DNA of 64,000 bases, from positions 14,322,001 to 14,386,000 of the forward strand of contig JBHGNT010000016.1 in NCBI GenBank assembly GCA_043228905.1. The letters are read 5' to 3'. Shown here one piece after another: positions 59,101 to 64,000 of the stretch (its first letter is position 1; each line of letters starts with the position of its first letter). The notes beneath the pieces are model-generated. The model did no database searches. It was not told the DNA's origin and saw only the letters and a program-made list of their open reading frames with translations. A program made the translations under genes and the position numbers. The DNA comes from Azolla caroliniana. Lineage: Eukaryota > Plantae > Polypodiophyta.

Positions 59101-59709
59101 ATCGCGACATGGACAATACTACCGTGGAAGGAAGAGATGAGCCGGGAAGAACTACTAGCGGTCCGGATACGACAACTGGAGGGAAGACCGAAAGATGTAG
59201 CGGAAGCGTCACGCCGACAACAAGAAGCACGGTTCCGGAACAAAAGCCGGTTCGACACAAAGCACCGACTACGACCGAGGAGGATTGAAGAAGGAGATTG
59301 GGTGATCGTCTATGATAGTAGCTTGGACCATCAACATACAACGATGCGGAAATTCGCGAAAAGGTGGTTCGGGCCGTACGAGGTTCGGAAGGTCTTCGAC
59401 AACGGGACGTACCGACTGTCCGAGTTGGATGGAACAATACTACGAGTGCCTATAGCCGGGAAGCGGGTGAAGATTTTCAAGAAGCGGACCGACGACAAAC
59501 CTTATGTGATCCAAGTCGAGGCCGACAACGAGGAGCAATCGGACGAAGACCACAATGATGCGGGAAGCGAAGAAAGTGGATTACAACTCATAGTCGACAT
59601 AAGGGGAGAATCGGAGGAAGCTTCGGATGAAGACGGATACGAAGAATCAAGAACTTCGGCACATACCGGAGGATGTGCGGGTTTGGAGGGGGCGAGTGTC
59701 GTAGTGTAG
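56104..59709 (+). CDS. pol: Pol (RT, RNase H, integrase, acidic tail), -1 frame relative to gag-PR
   Basis: ORF 56242..59709 is open upstream to 56104; GDLYSGYDQ, LPQGATNS, PFLDD, TVDTS, HES..GH..CEKC, integrase core, WFGPY; no chromodomain; stop lies inside the 3' LTR. Confidence 0.94.
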   Translation, partial: LKQTVAEWGSDSPRNPDTPHRKKTLGAKQVRIGPDGASTYTAVTGGMKKQYREVEDKLRSASIIKEDEEIVGVIEEVFYGNTLQRLEELAEDKSQGNRVVPVESVEMYEIVAKMGPDALRKEEAMVSTKYKTVEKKVKPAAGPLPADSEQKKKEVSGDPTLRKSVDIGHAFTDETRKKLWIGGGGFLLQEEEKRFREMLEQHGKAFAFTSREIGCIDPKIVEPMVIFTIDHVPWNLKPIPVPRAHIPKVIDLLKEKVAMGILEPSSAPYSNRWFTVPKKNGSLRFIQDLQPVNKVTIRNSGVGPIVDEFAEAFAGRAIYSIGDLYSGYDQFQLAVESRDITTMRTPIGLVRMCTLPQGATNSVAHMMNAMNKVLRDCIPEITMPFLDDIPMKGCAVEEKDETMDDRGCRKFVVDHIHDCEKVLRKLEDVHLTLSGEKSAFGQEEILVVGHLCGPYGRRPSPTKIDAIQAMKEVCESTSEVRRFLGACAFYHIWIPHYAHIADPLYHLLRKGKKFEWKPEHTKAMRKLKKTLWRAESLKKPSYERPIIVTVDTSPTGIGWVINQADSDGSRYPIRFGAKVLNERQRGYAQVKRELWGVVSAIKSDRDYLIGAEVVIETDCLPILGMMRCCTIPDVAMLRWIAYVKSLNPEVRHISGKDNAVADMLSRARFEDNITESDNEEVSEDYFTSEHICRVNVIREFREEEYEGETLMIGKMLQEVEDSTNDKERRAEIRRKKRQVQKFFLENGLIWRTPKRPDGIPLRVVGTKEQRNRIMSEFHESDWAGHRGTWATFVKIKQRYWWKNMYKDVAEFTKSCEKCQVYSGVRHRDELHPTFSPTINFKWMVDIVAMLTGIGQKKYLVLAREDLTNQVEGRALRRKTCAAVCQFLLEEVFCRYGCVGQVIADRGELDSDKASGFFAKHGVRLTLTTAYNPEANGKIERGHSPIVKALAKACDGRVKDWPQMLPYALWADRTTHSSMTGYMPAELMTGQAPVMPTETAIATWTILPWKEEMSREELLAVRIRQLEGRPKDVAEASRRQQEARFRNKSRFDTKHRLRPRRIEEGDWVIVYDSSLDHQHTTMRKFAKRWFGPYEVRKVFDNGTYRLSELDGTILRVPIAGKRVKIFKKRTDDKPYVIQVEADNEEQSDEDHNDAGSEESGLQLIVDIRGESEEASDEDGYEESRTSAHTGGCAGLEGASVVV

Positions 59710-60502
59710 GTTGCACACTATGTGGAAATTATATTTTTGTCCCTCCGGATAGAGAATGGAGTGCTCGGTGAGAACCGGAAGAAAACGGCATACCGGAGGA
59801 AAACGGCATACCGGCAAGGAAGAAAACGGCATACCGGCAAGGAAGAGCCGGATAAAGAGACATAAATGTAAAAGAAAGGAAATACTCACTACTGCGCAGG
59901 GCGTGATTCGAACTCTACACCTCCACGTTGACAAACCCCAACCTTACCATTACATTAACTTATCTTAAGTGTTTTAAATATAGATTTAATACGTATAAGA
60001 CCTTTATTTATGCATACCTTTATTAAAAGGTAAATCGTGTATTTTTTTAATATATGAAAAAGAAAAAAAACACGAGACACTAAAAATAACTCATGCACAT
60101 CTAGCGTGCATGAGCCCTATACTTAGGAAATAAAAAAGCATCACATGCACATTTAGTGGACATGAACACTTTTTGTAAAAAAAAAAAAGCATGAAGCCAT
60201 GCTTAGCTCTTCCTTCCTTATATAAGGAGGAGAGAAATATATAAAGGGTTGTTGATTATTTGGATTAAGTATTAATCAATACAAAAATTATTCGTGGGAT
60301 TCACGATTTATACATCTACTTCTCTCTTAACACCCTAAGTACCAATTAATATAGTATACTCGTGTGATTCACGAGTTTCTTATCTTTCTCTTTGCTATTT
60401 ACTCATAATTAATCTCTATCTCACGAACTTCTTTCTCCTAGTCCAAGACCTCTGTGGTTCCCACCCGACTCACGCAACGATCCGGAGCCGAAAGGCACGA
60501 CA
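59697..60502 (+). repeat. 3' LTR
   Basis: Follows PPT GGAGGGGGCGAG; followed by TSD GCGT. Confidence 0.96.
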
Positions 60503-60970
60503 GCGTGGACGTTTTAGACGAGCGCGCAGATGCGTACATGGTCGCGTGGACGTTTCAGACGAGCGCGCGGATGCGTACACGGTGCGATCAGGATGCGCGC
60601 AAGCGTGGATGCGTACATTGCGGCGCGGTCGGGACTTTTACGTGCAGACGCGTGCGTGCGGACGAGCGCGCGGATGCGTACACGACGCGGTCGAGACATG
60701 CGCATGCGTGGATGCGTACACTACGCAGTTGAGACTTTTGCGCTCGGACGCATCTACGGTTTGGTTGCGACGCACGTACGGAATGCGCACGAGCTAAACT
60801 TTATGGATGATTGGGTCATTTGGCCGAATTATACGAACAATCGCATGCAACCAAAAGCCAAGGCCATGCAACTAAAAGTAAAAGTCATGCATCTAAAAAT
60901 GGAAGCATGCAACTAAAAGCTGAGGCCATGCAACTAAAAATAGAGGCCATCCAACTAAAAGTGGGCATGC
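60503..60970. repeat. CpG-rich degenerate minisatellite (~38-bp GATGCGTACA units) followed by ~22-bp CATGCAACTAAAA units; continues left of the insertion at ~47590-47738
   Basis: Repeated GCGCG(C/T)GGATGCGTACA and GCCATGCAACTAAAAG visible by eye. Confidence 0.75.
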
Positions 60971-61029
60971 AGAGTAACATTGGGGAGGGAGGATCAACGA
61001 GGAGTTGGATATATGTCCCATTTTCTCCC

Positions 61030-61433
61030 TACTAGTTTTTTTTCTTTCTTTTTTCCCCCCCTCTTCCTTCTTCTTCCCTCTGTGTTTTTGAGAAACGAAT
61101 TATCTCACATATTGATATCAAACTCCTAGCTTCGGGGACTCGATCTTTCTTGTAAAAAATGATCTCTCGTATTCATATCGAACTACTCCTTGCATGGTTG
61201 TGGGCTCCTTTGTTTGAAAAATTAATCTCTCATTTCCATACCCAACCCATTGTAACACGATTCTGAAATTATAAAGAATCGATTTTCTTTTGCAATAAAG
61301 GAATGATTTGTCTCTCCCACTTGTCTTATGCTTAAAACTTGCTTGTGTTGTACGTGTTGCACTAAATCCTTGTAGTCCAGAACCCCGACGGTTCCGTCTC
61401 ACGATCTACACATAGTGACGGATTTTCACGACA
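61030..61433 (+). repeat. Possible 3' portion of another related LTR
   Basis: Ends ...CACGACA, preceded by TAGTCCAGAACCCCGACGGTTCC, which resembles the family U5 motif; 5' end undefined. Confidence 0.4.
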
Positions 61434-61447
61434 TAATTAAGTAAAGA

Positions 61448-64000
61448 TGTCGCGTTGTTACGCGCGTGCGTGTAGAAGGGGCGGGACCACAGGGGTCTTG
61501 GACTAGGGAGTGGAGGAAGAAGAATAAGATGATAAATGGAAGCTTAACACGGGTTGAGAAGATGGAGAGTAGCACATAAGCATAGACCAAAATGGATGGA
61601 AGCAAGATCCACAACAAGATATATTAAAACAAGCGAGTGATTACAACAATGGTGGTTGCTTAGGCCGCACCAAACGATATAAGGAAACCCTAACCGACTA
61701 AGAAGAAGAAGATGAATAAGAAACCCTAACCCTAAAACGGTAAGAACTCTAGACTAAGTGGTATACCTTTCATACGCGAAAATAGGCAACCCCTCATAAG
61801 TGACCCCTCCCTTCCTTTTATAGCCCAAGGAGGGAGGGACCTTACAATGTGGGATAAAATTTCCCCTCTTATTTCTATACACTATTTCCTAGTATACGTG
61901 TGCACATGTTGCACACCACCGACTTGCCCTTTCCACCCCGGTTTCCACCTATGGACGAAAATCTTCACGACATCCGCCCCCACCAAACCGCACATCCACC
62001 GGTATGTGCCAAGAAGGGGAAAGAGGTGAGATTTCCGGCCATGACGATCAACTGTGTCCTTAGCGTCTCTGTCAGCTTTGCTTGACTTCTTCTTCCACTT
62101 CAAGCACGCCCATCCGTCCCACATGGACTACCGTAGCCTCCCGGTCTGCCATATCCATCGTATGCTCTCAAACCGTCGGCTCCATCTGATCCACCATACT
62201 CGACGGAGTTAACTGAACCACTGTCTCTGCCCGATCCGCCAGACCCGATTTTCGCACACCTCTCTTCGGCTTCCTTCGTTTTCCACCTGCGACCTTGGGC
62301 CGAGTTCTCGTTCTTCTCGACTGTTTGTCGGACATTGCACCATGTGCTCTTCATCCACGCTTGTCTCGCCTCGGCCGCTTCCTCAACTCGACACTGTGAC
62401 ACGCTAAACTTCGTCGTCGGTCATCCTTGTGCTCGTCGCTCGGCCCTTACGCGGCCACATCGCACGTCTCGCACTCCGCTCCGCTCTATGTACCCTTTTG
62501 AAAAGGTACGTTGCTTCCCCGACATCTGTGTCGGTGCTCTCGTCTTTGGTGTCCTCCACAACCTCCGATGTTGCCGCTTCACCCCGAGGTACACCCTCTT
62601 GGTCCGCCTCGTATGTCCTCCGGATGCGCTCCGGATCTCTCCGATCGCACTCTGGTTTCCGCCCTTTGCGTGCCGCTCCTTTGGTTTTATCATCTCCGCA
62701 TGCCGAACACCTCGGTGTGTCGACTCTTCCTGCTCCGCGCTTGCCTTCCGTAGGCTCTTCCCGTGCGCCGATGTTGTCCCCCGAACATGCGCTCATTCTT
62801 TCGCCCTTAGGCGACCCCATTCCGCGTTCCTTGCTTCTCCTTTGCCCACCGTGCTCTCTCGCCGTAGAGCGTACCGTCATCCCATCCTCCATGTCGGTGT
62901 CCCTCGAGGCTCTCGTTACCGCCTCGCCTCGACTTGCGCCCTCTTGGCCCGCTTGGCCTTGCATGCCCTCAGGGAAGCCGTCGCGTTTTCTCTCCCCAGT
63001 GTGTACCCCGTTGTTCTCCGCACACCATCCTTCGCTCTCGCCACCCATCCGCCAATCCCGGCATCTCGCCGCTTCATCTCTCGTAGTGCTTTTGCCTCTC
63101 AAAGGCTCGACCGAACCGTTATCACCGGTCACTCGTTGTGGCTCATCCGAATACATGCTCGTTTCTTGGCCCTCGAGCGGCTGTAGAGCATGCTCCGTTT
63201 TACGCCGTAGTGCATACTTCGTATTACGCGCCTCATCCGCCGTAGACCCGACCTCTGCGTCGGACTCTTCGTCCTTCGTTGCCGTAGTCCCTTCCGACTC
63301 CGGCTTGCCGTCTTGACCGTGCTCGTCTGTCTTCACGGACCGGGTACCTGTTCCAGTAGCCTCGTCCGTTCCGGTCTCCGACTCCTCGCCGCCATCCGCC
63401 GTCTCTCCATTCTTATGTTGATCCGTAACCGCCGAAGTCTCTAGAATAGGCGGGGAGGGTCCTACGTCGGTCCCAGCCTCTACGTCGGTCCTCTTGTATA
63501 TGCCCATTCCGGGCCTCGAATCCTCATCTTCGTACGTGTTCGCTCCAGGCCATGCCTCCTCACGGCCACCGTCCTTCTCTCCGGTCTTATTTTGGCATTC
63601 GAGCGCATCCGCCGTAGTCTCCGGCCCCGGTGTCGAGGGGTCTCTCCTCCGTCCGCTCTGACCTTCCTCGTCGTCGTTTCGATTATCTGCTTTGCCACCG
63701 CCACCCTCCGTCTCTTCGGTCTCACGTGGGCTCTCGGGACCGACCGCCGAAGTCTCTAGAATAGGTGTGGGAAAAGTCTCGGTACCATCACTCGTCGATG
63801 TCATGTTCTTAGCCACCTTCGTTCGGACGCCATGGTCCGTGGCTATCTCTTCCTCGTTCTCCTCGTCGTCTTCTCGGTTGCCTACCTTGCCACCTGCACT
63901 GCCCATCGCTAGGACAGAGCGTCTAGGACCGGTGTGGGTAGGGACCCGGCACCACCGCTTCTTGTATCCGTAGCCGCCTCCGTCCAGACGTCGTTGTCCG
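61448..64000 (-). mobile_element. 3' end of a second element related to the tRNA-Trp gypsy (3' LTR 61448-61972)
   Basis: Minus LTR starts TGTCGTGAAG like 6491 and ends CGCGACA with the shared U5 motif. The pre-LTR 38-mer (61973-62010) is nearly identical to 59658-59696. Confidence 0.85.
62404..63999 (-). CDS. Long acidic, low-complexity ORF in the 3' region of the element (extra ORF or Pol tail)
   Basis: ORF 62404..63906 (500 aa) stays open to the window edge; E/T/G/R-rich with an internal repeat PILETSAV; no recognisable domain. Confidence 0.45.
   Translation of the reverse strand, partial: GQRRLDGGGYGYKKRWCRVPTHTGPRRSVLAMGSAGGKVGNREDDEENEEEIATDHGVRTKVAKNMTSTSDGTETFPTPILETSAVGPESPRETEETEGGGGKADNRNDDEEGQSGRRRDPSTPGPETTADALECQNKTGEKDGGREEAWPGANTYEDEDSRPGMGIYKRTDVEAGTDVGPSPPILETSAVTDQHKNGETADGGEESETGTDEATGTGTRSVKTDEHGQDGKPESEGTTATKDEESDAEVGSTADEARNTKYALRRKTEHALQPLEGQETSMYSDEPQRVTGDNGSVEPLRGKSTTRDEAARCRDWRMGGESEGWCAENNGVHTGERKRDGFPEGMQGQAGQEGASRGEAVTRASRDTDMEDGMTVRSTAREHGGQRRSKERGMGSPKGERMSACSGDNIGAREEPTEGKRGAGRVDTPRCSACGDDKTKGAARKGRKPECDRRDPERIRRTYEADQEGVPRGEAATSEVVEDTKDESTDTDVGEATYLFKRVHRAERSARRAMWPRKGRATSTRMTDDEV

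Larger units (their letters stand above)
47739..60502 (+). mobile_element. Full-length non-chromoviral Ty3/gypsy (Phygy/Ylt1-like) with tRNA-Trp PBS, interrupted by a Copia
   Basis: 806-bp LTRs TGTCG...CGACA, perfect 4-bp TSD GCGT (47735-38 and 60503-06), PBS at 48549-48566, PPT at ~59685-59696, gag-PR ORF followed by RT-RH-IN ORF. Confidence 0.96.

Noticed and set aside
61684-61736. AAACCCTAA(CCCTAAA) telomere-like motifs
   Set aside because: Only 2-3 scattered units inside an LTR; not an interstitial telomere array.
62335-63316. Plus-strand ORFs of 283 and 295 aa
   Set aside because: Antisense to the GC-rich minus-strand ORF, start at non-ATG codons, low complexity and no domain motif.

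Overview
Gene-free, retrotransposon-saturated plant DNA. The lineage mix (Tcn1-type and Phygy/Ylt1-like Ty3/gypsy elements, an RTEX-like LINE) suggests a non-seed plant such as a fern or bryophyte, but this is inference. I found no host protein gene, rRNA, functional tRNA or CRISPR array. Seven LTR elements have both LTRs and a target-site duplication (TSD). Two are Tork/Tnt1-like Copia (921-6311, defective; 49624-55103, intact ORF). Two are degenerate Copia of a second family (24126-29889 and 32580-44934). One is an internally deleted, apparently self-priming Tcn1-type chromovirus (11056-13285), one a young chromovirus with an intact ORF (36332-43300), and one a non-chromoviral Ty3/gypsy (47739-60502). 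They are nested up to three deep among older Athila/Tat-like remnants, solo LTRs, tandem duplications and a LINE fragment. The 47739-60502 family is the most notable: an 18-nt tRNA-Trp primer site, a 4-bp TSD, Gag-PR separated from RT-RH-IN by a GGAUUUU slippery site and predicted pseudoknot (an alpharetrovirus-like layout), and strong CAG/CTG avoidance. Two unrelated gypsy families carry antisense tRNA-like Pol III A/B-box cassettes in U3. Tcn1-type LTRs show a Tf1-like self-priming site and a hairpin at the predicted transcription start. All coordinates and counts were read by eye, and lineage names are motif-based.
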